Origin: an uncultured virus (IMG/VR IMGVR_UViG_3300020572_000004)
Lineage: Duplodnaviria > Heunggongvirae > Uroviricota > Caudoviricetes
Length of the DNA: 64,000 bases
IMG/VR virus record: IMGVR_UViG_3300020572_000004
Direction: 5' to 3' (one strand)
Shown here: in pieces, positions 45,981 to 56,261 of the stretch
Layout of the letters: the number at the start of each line of letters is the position of its first letter
How positions within the stretch are numbered: position 1 is the first letter of the stretch
Notes under the pieces: model-generated
Told to the model about the DNA's origin: nothing
Database searches by the model: none
What the model saw: only the letters and a program-made list of their open reading frames with translations
Position numbers and translations under genes: made by a program

Positions 45981-47348
45981 TCATTTAACAAGAAGTTTTA
46001 ATGCGTCTACTTCAGCATGCAACTGCTCGTTGCTAACCTTAAGTTCTTTAACGCATTCAATGAGAAGTGCTACAATCCTATCATACTTAACAGCCTTACT
46101 TCCATCTTCGCGCGTAGCTACAATCTCAGGCAATACAGCTTCAACTTCTTGAGCAATTACACCAATGTCATGACCAGAGAATGCAGACTGTTGGTTATTC
46201 CAGTCAAAGGACACACCATTTATACGAGACACTTTGTCCAATGGATTTGTAATGTTTACTATGTTGTCTTTATACTTGCGGTCGGATGTACTATAAGCAA
46301 CGATGTCGCCTTTTGCATCAAGTTGATTAACTATAATATTAGCATACGATGTGGTTCCAACATGAGTTATTATATGTAAACTGCCAGCTGCATAACCGCT
46401 TATAGCGTCTCGTGCGCATTTGAGATACACCGCATTTGCTCCGAAACAATGCAATGTTATGCCAGCATCTCCGCTTGCACTTTCACTAATTAAAGCTGCA
46501 TCACCATATCCAGTTTGTGAATTTTTTGTAGATTTTAAACCACCACCTGATATTGCACCGGTTGTAACAATTGCTCCAGCACCAGCATTTAGTGCCGTTC
46601 CTACAATAGCACCAAGAGCACTAACAGTAAATTGCGGTACTGTGCCAACATTAAGTGTGCCAGCATTTAATGCACCTGTTGTAGAAATTGCTCCAGCACC
46701 AGCATTTAGTGCCGTTCCTACAATAGCACCAAGAGCACTAACAGTAAATGCCGTGTTGCTGTTTCCTATTCCAAGTGTAGCGGCATTAAGAAATCCTGAT
46801 GCAGTGATATTAGTTCCACCAATGGTGCCGCTGCTACTAATTGCTCCGCTTGTGATTGTTCCGCTAACTTTAAAATTACCACCATTTACATGTAGCAATG
46901 AATCAGGTGTAGCGGTGCCTATGCCAACATTTCCGCCAGACAATATTCGCACTCTTTCGGTTGCACTTGTCAATATGCTTATAGCACCCGCACCGTCTTG
47001 GCTTAAGCTAAACAATCCCGTTCCATTATTTGTAACGCTAAAGCTTCCGTTTGTTCCGCTAGCACGATTAATTACAACGCTATTAACATTTGAAGCACTC
47101 CCTAGATTTAAGATTGCGGCACGGCTTCCAGTGCTTGCTACTCCTACATCAACTATAGCACTACCAGTGTCAGCTACAATACTACCAATGACTAATTTTC
47201 CAGAGGTATCCCATGTAGGACTGCCAGCTTCAACGGTAAGTTTTTGAATAATACCATTTGTGCTTTTGCGCCACGTGTTGAATGTATCGGCAACAGTAAC
47301 ACCGTTGGTTGAGATGCTTGAAAATAGATTGTATTCAGAAGATTCCAT
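45981..47348 (-). CDS. fibre protein with C-terminal intramolecular chaperone (peptidase S74)
   Basis: DTFNTWRKSTN; ERVRILSGGNVGIGT; SDRKYKDNI...GVIAQEVE..LPE...VKY...KEL. Confidence 0.88.
   Translation of the reverse strand: MESSEYNLFSSISTNGVTVADTFNTWRKSTNGIIQKLTVEAGSPTWDTSGKLVIGSIVADTGSAIVDVGVASTGSRAAILNLGSASNVNSVVINRASGTNGSFSVTNNGTGLFSLSQDGAGAISILTSATERVRILSGGNVGIGTATPDSLLHVNGGNFKVSGTITSGAISSSGTIGGTNITASGFLNAATLGIGNSNTAFTVSALGAIVGTALNAGAGAISTTGALNAGTLNVGTVPQFTVSALGAIVGTALNAGAGAIVTTGAISGGGLKSTKNSQTGYGDAALISESASGDAGITLHCFGANAVYLKCARDAISGYAAGSLHIITHVGTTSYANIIVNQLDAKGDIVAYSTSDRKYKDNIVNITNPLDKVSRINGVSFDWNNQQSAFSGHDIGVIAQEVEAVLPEIVATREDGSKAVKYDRIVALLIECVKELKVSNEQLHAEVDALKLLVK
46569..46749. repeat. 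perfect 64-nt direct repeat inside fibre gene
   Basis: 46569-46632 equals 46686-46749 (117-nt period; TVSALGAIVGTALNAGAGAI). Confidence 0.9.
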
Positions 47349-47353
47349 TGTTG

Positions 47354-47581
47354 TTATTTATCTAGGAGACTTATTAGTTTATTTACAGTTTCTTGCAATT
47401 GGCGTTGTGATTCTTTAAGATGTGATACTTCTTCTTCAAGAGCATTTACCTTAATTCGTGCTTCAGCAGTTGCTTTACGCTTAGCAAGCACAGCCGCATA
47501 TGCAGAGCCATCAACATTGATGATAGCATTGCTACCTACATCGCGCTCTAATGCCGTACTATCTTTTACTTTTATCTTCAT
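47354..47581 (-). CDS. small coiled-coil hypothetical protein
   Basis: KVKDSTALERDVGSNAIIN, commonly found after VrlC-like genes. Confidence 0.7.
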   Translation of the reverse strand: MKIKVKDSTALERDVGSNAIINVDGSAYAAVLAKRKATAEARIKVNALEEEVSHLKESQRQLQETVNKLISLLDK

Positions 47582-50500
47582 ACACCAGTTGTAGCAATAG
47601 CGCGGAAATCGCGTATAGATGGAACATCATACAGGTTGTCCGATGAAAACACAATTTTAATGGTAAAGCTAATAAAATCATTTGCTGGACTTGACAGTGT
47701 ATATTCTGCTTCAGCGTATTCTTCAGAGTTGCTCGACACAGGAATTGCATTCACTGGTGATATCTTAACCCAGCTTGTCGGAGTTGCACTTGCGCCATCA
47801 TATGCTAATTTTGCATATAGTGTAATTTTTGCAGCTGCGGTTGGGCGATTTGCATTGATGTAAATATTTAACTGATCAGCTGGATTGTTAAGATTTACTG
47901 TTTTTGTTACGTAACGAGAAGTTGCAGCTCCTTTGTCGGCTGTCGTTTCGGTTGTATCGTTGTCAGCCAATGCATTGATTTCATTCTTAACAGTAAGCAA
48001 TGATACACGGTCCAAATCAATCACTGGACTTACATAATCACTTCTAGTTGACAGCACCGTTGTCATACTTGTGTTTGGTGCAGTTGAAAGATCCACCGAA
48101 AAAGCAGTTTTTAAGTCGTAATTTTCATTAGGACTAATTATGATTGGCGTTAAATTATCAAGGCGAAGTGTGTTGGTTATACCAGTGCCTTCAACAGTTA
48201 TATTCTCTTGAGCTAAATTGAATGTAGTAACTGGAACATTCAGTAGGTTAGCTGTTGCCGTTGGAGCCACGGGTGTTGTACCTGTGTTAGCAAATGTTAG
48301 CGTCGGACTTTCATTATATGCATAACCGTTGCCAGCGTTGGTCACTCTTACGCTGACAATTGATCCTGTTAATATATCAACTGTTGGCACACCTGTTGCA
48401 GCTATATCACCCGGTTTTACAGTTGACGGTGCAGCAAAAGTCATGCTTGCTCCCGCTTGAGTAAAGCCGCTACCACCCGCGCTAATTGTTACACTTTCAA
48501 CACCAGTAGAGAATGTCGGTTTAAATTGCAGTGAACCTGAACCAACAAACGCTGCGCGATTAAGCACAAACTTAAAGTCTCGTGTTTGATCTGGAGTCCA
48601 TGTACTAGCATTTTGACTCATAAACATAACACCAGCATATACATTCTTTGTAATCTTTTGAGATGTAGCAAGGTCAGTTCCACCGACGCGCGCAACATAT
48701 ATGCGGTATGCAGGATCATTTGATTTTACAACAATTGCATATTCAGCTCCAGCTTTTAGATACACAGGATCGCTAAACGTGAATCGTGTAGCTGCGCTAC
48801 CATTTTGACTGATTTGAACAACCCGTGTAGTTGTATATGCGCCGCTTCCGTCAATTGTATAAGGATTGAGCGATACCTGTGAGAATGGTACTACTTTTTG
48901 TGTAGGCGTACCATTTTCAACTGTGACAATTTCAACGGTGACTGGCAAAGTAGCGCTGGTGCTTTGGAAATACAGGTCAAGGCTTGTAACAAAAGCACCA
49001 GTTTCAATGTCACCAATCATGAAACTTTGCGCAAGTGGATCTACATACTGTACTTTAGTAACTCTACTAACAGCTCCCGATTGGTCAACTCTTGTTTGAG
49101 ATAATTGAGGAATACGAGTACTTGTTATTAGTGTTTCGTTCGTTTGAGTTAATCCATTTGCAGCATAATTTGAATCTGCATATGTCGTGATTTCGCTAGG
49201 TAGGTTACGCGAACTATCAGCTAAACGGAATGAGCGTGAACCAGTCCTAAACTTATAAACTTCATTGTTGGGAATAAGAAACACTCCTTTAATTTCACCA
49301 GCAACATTTGTTATCAGCGCTGAAGTGACAATACCAATTGTTGAAAGCGCTGTATTGGCTGGACTGATACCGTTATAAGTTTTTACTTCAGCACTATTTT
49401 TATAATCAACGATGCTATCCAATTGCATTGAGTATGCACTTATATCAATGCCGTCAAAGAATGGATATACCTTTGTATTTGGCTTAAGCCCAGTTGCGCT
49501 AAAATAAACTTTACGCGAACGAATAAATGGAATAAAAGTAACATCAACTACTCGTTCACCATTATTTTGTGTAATATCGGTAAAGTTTAATTGTGTTTGC
49601 AATCCAACTCTTGATTGTCTACCTGTTTCAGTAGTTATAACAGCTTGACGCATCACACCGTCAGGAGCACTTACCACATGCGGAGCACTCCGTGTGACTG
49701 TAGAACCGGTCCAATTTGTAGTCCATTCATTCCATATTGTACCCAACACTGCAGTATCTTTTACTGTATCATAATTTGCAGTATTGAGCGCGGCATACAC
49801 CGTAGTATTTGTTACTTCCTTCCATTCGTCGGAACCGGGTGTTAGTGTAACATTACCAACAAAGGATGCAAGATCATATGGATTTACACTTTCATATTCA
49901 GTAGCATATGATTGAGAGATTAGTGGAGTTTCGGAATATGCTAAAGTAGCAGTATTGCTGTTAATCTTAATTGAAGATAGTGTGTTGTCAACTTTTTTGA
50001 AGTCAAAGCGACGAGAAGAATACTGTGGGTATAGTATACCTTTTGTAATGTCAATTGAGGCCGCGTAAGCTTCACTGCCAATGTTTGCAGTATTGTTATT
50101 GTAGAATGAATCTACCAATATACCATTCTTAAAGCGGCTGCCAGTGCTATCAAAAATTGGCTTATCATTTGCTGATTTTTCAAGCAATGATAGTGTAGTG
50201 TAGTATTCGATATTCTTAATGCGGCTTTCCAATCCGCCAATGTCTCGCATAGTATAGCGGCGGTTATCAATATATGTTGAAACAATATCAGTAGCATTGT
50301 GTGTATATGCTGGAACCGCTAATGTATATAGAGCCATCGACTTGGGCGGTGTCTCAGGAACACGCGGATTCAATTCCGCATTCCCTTGTGTAATTTCAAA
50401 GTTTCCATTATAATCGACACACACTTTGTCAATTCTAGGCAAATAAAATTGAGCAGCCGCACTTATGCTACTATAAGGATTTAATACATCTACAACACCA

Positions 50501-52887
50501 GTGCTACCTGTAAGTATCACGGGGCGGAAATCAATACAATCAGCAAGGCGTACTCCTTTGTATGATGGTATGGTTGAATATGTTAACCCTAGTGTTTGAT
50601 TTGTTGAATTTGGTAAATAGCTGTTGACCGCAGCACACACGGTGGTATATGACGACCGCAGGAAATAGGTATACTCGAATTTTATACTTAGTCCGTCTAA
50701 GTTTTTCTTACCAATATATTTAACCTTAACGTTTGTAAAGTAATTATCACGTTGCCCATCATCACTGATAACCCAGTCAGTAAGAGGTGGGACAAATACG
50801 GGGGCAGTGCCAATAGTTATTTTTGTTAATGCAAATACTTCTGCTTTAGAAAGAGTAAATACCGTTTGCGCGTTAGTTGCAGTCATTGTTTGATTATCTG
50901 CTGTGAGTGTCTTTGTTATTGTGCCTGCGCCACCCTCAGAAAGAATACCAACAGTAACAGGTGCAATAACAGTATAGTTTGCTCCGGTCAACGCCCCGCT
51001 AGTCCAACTTAATGTTAAAACTTGTCCAGGCTGCTCGCTTGTAGTAAAATCTGTTTTTCTAACTCCATTAACAAAAAAGATTATACCGCCTGGGCTAGTA
51101 TCCGAAAATACACGACCACCACTGCAATCCACTGTAATTTGGGTAACACTAGTATTGGGGCTTGGTACCGGGCTGCTAGTATGCAGGATGTTGTATTGGA
51201 TATTAGTCAGCCTACTTACTGCATCAAACGGCAATTTGAATACTGCAGTATCATTGCTAGCAAAGGCGAGTGCTCCTCCAGTTGCAACCGTAAATTTAAC
51301 AGCTGTGCTACCAGTATTCCATACTCGTGTAATATCAGTCAAATTAAATCCTCCAGTTGCAGTTATGATGGTGTCATAAAGATACAAGCGATATGTTGAT
51401 GCGCCTTCAACTTCAACGGCTTTAATTTTGGTTGTTCCGGCTACAAAATTTAATACTTCATTGTTAGTAATTGTAATAGCCGTTGATGTAAATCCAATAG
51501 TATTTGCACCAACTGATGTAATTACAACTCCGGTTGTCATCGGACCAGAAGTTGATCCATACATAGTCATACCAACTGTTATGCCAGTTGTGTTGGGTAG
51601 CGAAATTGACGTGACAGTGCTTGTGAGTGATCCATCATATGTTTTAGTTAGTCCAACTCTGTATGTACTACTGATCTCTGTGATGATGGGCAAGTATGAA
51701 CCAGACTCAAAAGATCCAATCACATAGTTTCCAATATTCGCATATGTATTGGCTGGTGTCAATGGTGAAAGTGTGCGTGCCTTGGGAGCATTCAATTCGT
51801 TCTTGTCGAGTGGTGCAACGCGGTAGCCATACACATAGGCAACCGACGGATCAATACCCAAGCTGTAGCGCGTTTGTGCGTCAGCTATGCTAGCTGGCAA
51901 GTCGCCTGCACTAATACTATAACCAGCTTTATCCAATTCAGAGCTAACATAACGGCCATAGTTGCTGCCATTGTTATACAATTCGCGAATGTGAGCCCTA
52001 AACGGATTGAGTGTATAACTTCCGCTTTCTTCATATGTGCGTTGTGCAAGTTGACGGTCTAGATCGCTATAACGATCGCGCATTGCTACCGCAGGTACGC
52101 TATTAACAACTGTCAACAGAGAAATTTTATCTGATGTGTTGGCTGCACTCCCGTCCGCTTCAAAGGTTAATGTCAAATCTACAGCATAACGATCAGCGCC
52201 AGGAGCATTATAATTGGGAGTACCATTTGCATTGTCTGTTAATGATGCATCAGTTGTATAGTCAACAAATGTTTCAGCTACGTAAAGGTAAGCTTTACCG
52301 TTTACACTAGCATCTTTAGTATCTAGCGTAAAGAAAACACTTTGTGCATCAGTTGCAACAAAACTTCCTTTTGTGAAGAATACTCCTTTTGAAAGAAATA
52401 TGCCAGCTGCATAACCGGTTGCTGTCACAGCAACATTCAATGCATTGTTTGTGCTTAAAGCATTGCTGATAGAGTATGCTGCAACTACACCACCGGTTGC
52501 GCTATTATTGTATCTTAAGAATATGCGGTATGCACCGCTTACGCCTAAACTTTTTACACCCAATATACTTGCAGCTAATCCATTAAAAGGGAGTATGTTA
52601 GTTGATGCAAGGATTGCGGTTGATACATTAGTACCAGTAACCGTAGCATCAATGTATTGAATGGTTTGGTCATATGTACAACTGCCACCAATAACTGCAG
52701 CTCCATCCTTCCATACGCTCAGACCAAATTTATTGATTTGGTTTTGCAGTATGCTCTGCATCTGATTCAATTCACGAACCTGAACACTGTATCCTGCTTT
52801 AAACAAGATACGCAAATAATTTTTTGCATCTACATTCGAAGCCGTAAAATCATCGCGGTATATATTGTTGTCTGTTGTAATTGGCAT
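47578..52887 (-). CDS. VrlC/DUF4815-like large virion structural protein
   Basis: ILFKAGYSVQVRELNQMQSILQNQI, APGADRY, RTYEESG, NRRYTMRDIG, DPLAQSF, SQNASTW. Confidence 0.88.
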   Translation of the reverse strand: MPITTDNNIYRDDFTASNVDAKNYLRILFKAGYSVQVRELNQMQSILQNQINKFGLSVWKDGAAVIGGSCTYDQTIQYIDATVTGTNVSTAILASTNILPFNGLAASILGVKSLGVSGAYRIFLRYNNSATGGVVAAYSISNALSTNNALNVAVTATGYAAGIFLSKGVFFTKGSFVATDAQSVFFTLDTKDASVNGKAYLYVAETFVDYTTDASLTDNANGTPNYNAPGADRYAVDLTLTFEADGSAANTSDKISLLTVVNSVPAVAMRDRYSDLDRQLAQRTYEESGSYTLNPFRAHIRELYNNGSNYGRYVSSELDKAGYSISAGDLPASIADAQTRYSLGIDPSVAYVYGYRVAPLDKNELNAPKARTLSPLTPANTYANIGNYVIGSFESGSYLPIITEISSTYRVGLTKTYDGSLTSTVTSISLPNTTGITVGMTMYGSTSGPMTTGVVITSVGANTIGFTSTAITITNNEVLNFVAGTTKIKAVEVEGASTYRLYLYDTIITATGGFNLTDITRVWNTGSTAVKFTVATGGALAFASNDTAVFKLPFDAVSRLTNIQYNILHTSSPVPSPNTSVTQITVDCSGGRVFSDTSPGGIIFFVNGVRKTDFTTSEQPGQVLTLSWTSGALTGANYTVIAPVTVGILSEGGAGTITKTLTADNQTMTATNAQTVFTLSKAEVFALTKITIGTAPVFVPPLTDWVISDDGQRDNYFTNVKVKYIGKKNLDGLSIKFEYTYFLRSSYTTVCAAVNSYLPNSTNQTLGLTYSTIPSYKGVRLADCIDFRPVILTGSTGVVDVLNPYSSISAAAQFYLPRIDKVCVDYNGNFEITQGNAELNPRVPETPPKSMALYTLAVPAYTHNATDIVSTYIDNRRYTMRDIGGLESRIKNIEYYTTLSLLEKSANDKPIFDSTGSRFKNGILVDSFYNNNTANIGSEAYAASIDITKGILYPQYSSRRFDFKKVDNTLSSIKINSNTATLAYSETPLISQSYATEYESVNPYDLASFVGNVTLTPGSDEWKEVTNTTVYAALNTANYDTVKDTAVLGTIWNEWTTNWTGSTVTRSAPHVVSAPDGVMRQAVITTETGRQSRVGLQTQLNFTDITQNNGERVVDVTFIPFIRSRKVYFSATGLKPNTKVYPFFDGIDISAYSMQLDSIVDYKNSAEVKTYNGISPANTALSTIGIVTSALITNVAGEIKGVFLIPNNEVYKFRTGSRSFRLADSSRNLPSEITTYADSNYAANGLTQTNETLITSTRIPQLSQTRVDQSGAVSRVTKVQYVDPLAQSFMIGDIETGAFVTSLDLYFQSTSATLPVTVEIVTVENGTPTQKVVPFSQVSLNPYTIDGSGAYTTTRVVQISQNGSAATRFTFSDPVYLKAGAEYAIVVKSNDPAYRIYVARVGGTDLATSQKITKNVYAGVMFMSQNASTWTPDQTRDFKFVLNRAAFVGSGSLQFKPTFSTGVESVTISAGGSGFTQAGASMTFAAPSTVKPGDIAATGVPTVDILTGSIVSVRVTNAGNGYAYNESPTLTFANTGTTPVAPTATANLLNVPVTTFNLAQENITVEGTGITNTLRLDNLTPIIISPNENYDLKTAFSVDLSTAPNTSMTTVLSTRSDYVSPVIDLDRVSLLTVKNEINALADNDTTETTADKGAATSRYVTKTVNLNNPADQLNIYINANRPTAAAKITLYAKLAYDGASATPTSWVKISPVNAIPVSSNSEEYAEAEYTLSSPANDFISFTIKIVFSSDNLYDVPSIRDFRAIATTGV

Positions 52888-54278
52888 TAGAATTGAATGA
52901 TTATTTTGATTTTTTCAGTTTGACCAGCACTACGTGTAATTTTTTTGCGATTCTCAACAAATACAACTTCTCCAACGGTACGTGCAAATATACCATCTCC
53001 ACCAGTAATGCCATTAAAGTTTGATGTACATTCTGAAGCATTAACCGCGGTGTATGTATAATTGGTAGATCCTGTGGTTGATAAACGGAAAGTAGTGCTT
53101 GCAGCTAGTTCTTTAAAGCCTGAAGTGTAATTTTGGTGGAAATATAAAGTATTTCCAACAACTGCATCAGCAACTGCAAATGGTACTCCACTGGCATCAG
53201 TTATCAAAGCATTAGCGTCAGTAATAGAAGGAACACTATGACCAGTTGGTAAAGTAAGTGATCGCAATGCATTTGCAGTTGTAGCCGTTGTGTTCGGATT
53301 GCGAACAATCGAAACTTGACGATATGGAGTATAAAAGTTATCTGAGCTGATACCATCAGGCAAATCAACAGATACACCAGCATACCAAGATGGCATAACA
53401 GCAGCTGGGATATGACCATATCCTAAACGTGGTGCAATGACCGGAACAACAATTGCGCCAGTGCCTGTAGCATGAGTAACTTCTACAGATGCAACCTGCA
53501 ATCCTTTTGGCCAGTTAGCTAAAGTGAGGCTGTGTATAACTCCAGTAATAACTCCGCCTACAACTGTAGCTGTCAACGTTTGAGTATATGTTGTGGTTCC
53601 GACGGCATCGCTTCCTCGTAATGTTACTACTGGAGCCGTTCCAGTATATCCAGATCCGCCATTCACCACGTGAAACACTGGGCTGCATAGTCCGCCGTAA
53701 GCTGTACTGTTTGCCAACGGAGTACTAGTCAATGGCGTCTGACTTACCTCAATAAATTGATCAGTTATGAATGCCGTTCCAAGCTGACTTACAGGTTGCA
53801 CCAAAATCCAAACATAATTATCACCACCTTGGGCTGGAGCATATGTAGATGTATCGGATGGTGGGCTGGCGGTAAGACCTCCGGAATTGTTAGCTAAGCA
53901 AAGATACATACCAGTTGGCGTTGTTGCATAACATGGCAACAGGTTTCCAGTTGCATAAAAGCAACCGCTGTCATAACTATTATATGCTTTATATCTGTTA
54001 CCGCTAGCATATGGTACGTTTGGAATTACTAGTGTTGTATTGCTAGCTCCAAGTTTGCTAAATGTGGCAACATTATTCAACACTTCTAACGCATCGCTAA
54101 ATGATCCAACTGGAGCAGCAACGTTATAACCAGAAGCATCTTCTGTTACAGCACCTGCATTAGGCCATTTGTCAGATTTGCCAATTCCCAAGTAATAGTT
54201 ATTGGTGACTCCGGCTATATCGTTTAAAAATAATTTTGCACTATTTCTGCGAAAGTTGTCTGTAATAATTGCTGACAT
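52887..54278 (-). CDS. gp8: baseplate wedge subunit
   Basis: MSAIITDNFR, YLCLANN, YRQVSIVRNP, ENRKKITRSAGQTEKIKIIIQF. Confidence 0.88.
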   Translation of the reverse strand: MSAIITDNFRRNSAKLFLNDIAGVTNNYYLGIGKSDKWPNAGAVTEDASGYNVAAPVGSFSDALEVLNNVATFSKLGASNTTLVIPNVPYASGNRYKAYNSYDSGCFYATGNLLPCYATTPTGMYLCLANNSGGLTASPPSDTSTYAPAQGGDNYVWILVQPVSQLGTAFITDQFIEVSQTPLTSTPLANSTAYGGLCSPVFHVVNGGSGYTGTAPVVTLRGSDAVGTTTYTQTLTATVVGGVITGVIHSLTLANWPKGLQVASVEVTHATGTGAIVVPVIAPRLGYGHIPAAVMPSWYAGVSVDLPDGISSDNFYTPYRQVSIVRNPNTTATTANALRSLTLPTGHSVPSITDANALITDASGVPFAVADAVVGNTLYFHQNYTSGFKELAASTTFRLSTTGSTNYTYTAVNASECTSNFNGITGGDGIFARTVGEVVFVENRKKITRSAGQTEKIKIIIQF

Positions 54279-54300
54279 ATTTTATATTATTTGAATCTAT

Positions 54301-56256
54301 TTATACGAGTGGATAGTTGGCTATTAACTCAGTTTGTGTGGTTGCACTACCAGAGCCGCTTCTTACAATGGAAGATACATTCAACATCTTATAAGCATAA
54401 GAATGTAGATAATTAAATGCTCCATTGGTAATTGTAAGAACGTCGCCAACTTTATAATTAAAACCTAAAGTATTCAATGGTGTTGATATAGAAGTAATTC
54501 CTCCATTGTTATCAACCGCAGTTATGTTTAATGCGAAATTACTTCCAGATCCACCAGTTGTAACTTTACCAGTACCAACAATATATCCAACACCTGCATT
54601 AAGAATGGTAACGCTTGCAACGGGCCCTGCAGCTCCACTTCCAATAACAGAAGAAACTATAACTGTTGCAAGACCTGAATTGATCATTGAAGAAATTGTT
54701 CTGTCACTACCCAAAAAGCCATCGCCCAAACATGATGGGTCTCTAAACTTTATTCCATTAAGATCATACTCTTGGCTAACTAGCTGTCTTTCACTATATT
54801 CCGAAGACATAATGAGTTGAAAGATCATGATTACTTCACGCGATAATGCTATACTGCCTTCAGCGAATAATACAGTAAAGATGTATTCAAGATCACTAAT
54901 CGACAACCAGCCCGGTTGGTATTTTGGTGTATGACGTTGATATGTATCTGTTGGATTTAAAGCGCCCAACCAACTATAACGATCTTGTGGGTTTGGCAAT
55001 TGGTATGAAATAAACGAATCCCAAACATTAAGACTTTGTATTTCCAATAGTAGCGAAGTAAATAGTTTTAAACCAGCTGGATGAACAAATTTTAAAAATG
55101 CATTACGCCATACAGTTGCATCGCTGTTGGATTGTATGTCATATGAATAGTTTTGCCAATAGTTGCTATCCTGAATCTTATAAGAGTCTGAAGCAAATCC
55201 TTTATGATCTTCATATACATATTCTGGACCGCTTTGCAATTGCCAAATTATACTATGCCCAGGTAAACTGCCGTCATCAACACATTTGTAAACAGTGCGA
55301 TTTGGAAAGGTTCCTGTTCGTGCATAAAGATTGCCATTTGTTGGTTGTGTAGCTGCAGCATCTCCATCAACAAAATTTAAAAATGGAACACCTACTGTTG
55401 ACGATAACTTGGGAGCCCAAACAGCTCCTTGATTTGTGGGAGGCGCTAGTAGATTGGCACCAGTGATTTGCGTGCTATACCAATAGCCAGCGGTTGCACC
55501 AACACCTCCACGCAATATCCATGCCGCGTATTGCTCATCATAATATAACGCGTACGGTTGCTGTAATAAATTCGTTAGTGTGCCAGTACTGGTGTATGCA
55601 AGTCGTCCATTATAAAACCCAGCATACGTTAGTGTTGGAAAGTTTATAACAACACCTTCACTAGTAAGGACTGGGTCTAATGTTATTACTGTGGTATCAT
55701 TTAATGTTAATAGCGAATCGTTACTGTCGGCAATTATTAGATTTTCAAAGCCACTGTTATTGATAGTAATGGTGTCAGCTACTCCATTGACTGGAGCCGC
55801 CGTCAATTCTAATGGTGGCACATCATATGGATCCCAATTGATCTTACCGCTTGAAGGTGTAAACAGGTATTCTTTAGGATAAAAGATTGAAACGGTTTCA
55901 TTTAAGAATATCTTAAAGAATGCAGTTATACTATCTTCACTACCGCGCGTATTGTAATACTTTACAATAATTTTATACAATGAGACTTTATCTAAAGAAG
56001 TACTGTTGGGTATATTGTTTGCAATAAGATTGCCTATGCTATCAAGATAGTTATTGCTTACAACATCAATATCTTTATCTGTAATTATGCTGCCGATTTC
56101 AGCCGAAGGCAATCCATGAGTATTGATGTAGTTATAATACTCTTGAATAAATGCAATGATATTTGCTGCACCAGATTGTATATTGTCAGGAAACAATGAT
56201 TGTGTACGTACACTTTCAAGATTTCGTGGGCGGCCGTCTGCAATACTTAATAACAT
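54301..56256 (-). CDS. gp7: baseplate wedge initiator-like protein
   Basis: FIQEYY, YNTRGSEDSITAFFKIF, IQDSNYWQNYSY, FVHPAGLKLF. Confidence 0.7.
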   Translation of the reverse strand: MLLSIADGRPRNLESVRTQSLFPDNIQSGAANIIAFIQEYYNYINTHGLPSAEIGSIITDKDIDVVSNNYLDSIGNLIANNIPNSTSLDKVSLYKIIVKYYNTRGSEDSITAFFKIFLNETVSIFYPKEYLFTPSSGKINWDPYDVPPLELTAAPVNGVADTITINNSGFENLIIADSNDSLLTLNDTTVITLDPVLTSEGVVINFPTLTYAGFYNGRLAYTSTGTLTNLLQQPYALYYDEQYAAWILRGGVGATAGYWYSTQITGANLLAPPTNQGAVWAPKLSSTVGVPFLNFVDGDAAATQPTNGNLYARTGTFPNRTVYKCVDDGSLPGHSIIWQLQSGPEYVYEDHKGFASDSYKIQDSNYWQNYSYDIQSNSDATVWRNAFLKFVHPAGLKLFTSLLLEIQSLNVWDSFISYQLPNPQDRYSWLGALNPTDTYQRHTPKYQPGWLSISDLEYIFTVLFAEGSIALSREVIMIFQLIMSSEYSERQLVSQEYDLNGIKFRDPSCLGDGFLGSDRTISSMINSGLATVIVSSVIGSGAAGPVASVTILNAGVGYIVGTGKVTTGGSGSNFALNITAVDNNGGITSISTPLNTLGFNYKVGDVLTITNGAFNYLHSYAYKMLNVSSIVRSGSGSATTQTELIANYPLV

Positions 56257-56261
56257 AAGAT

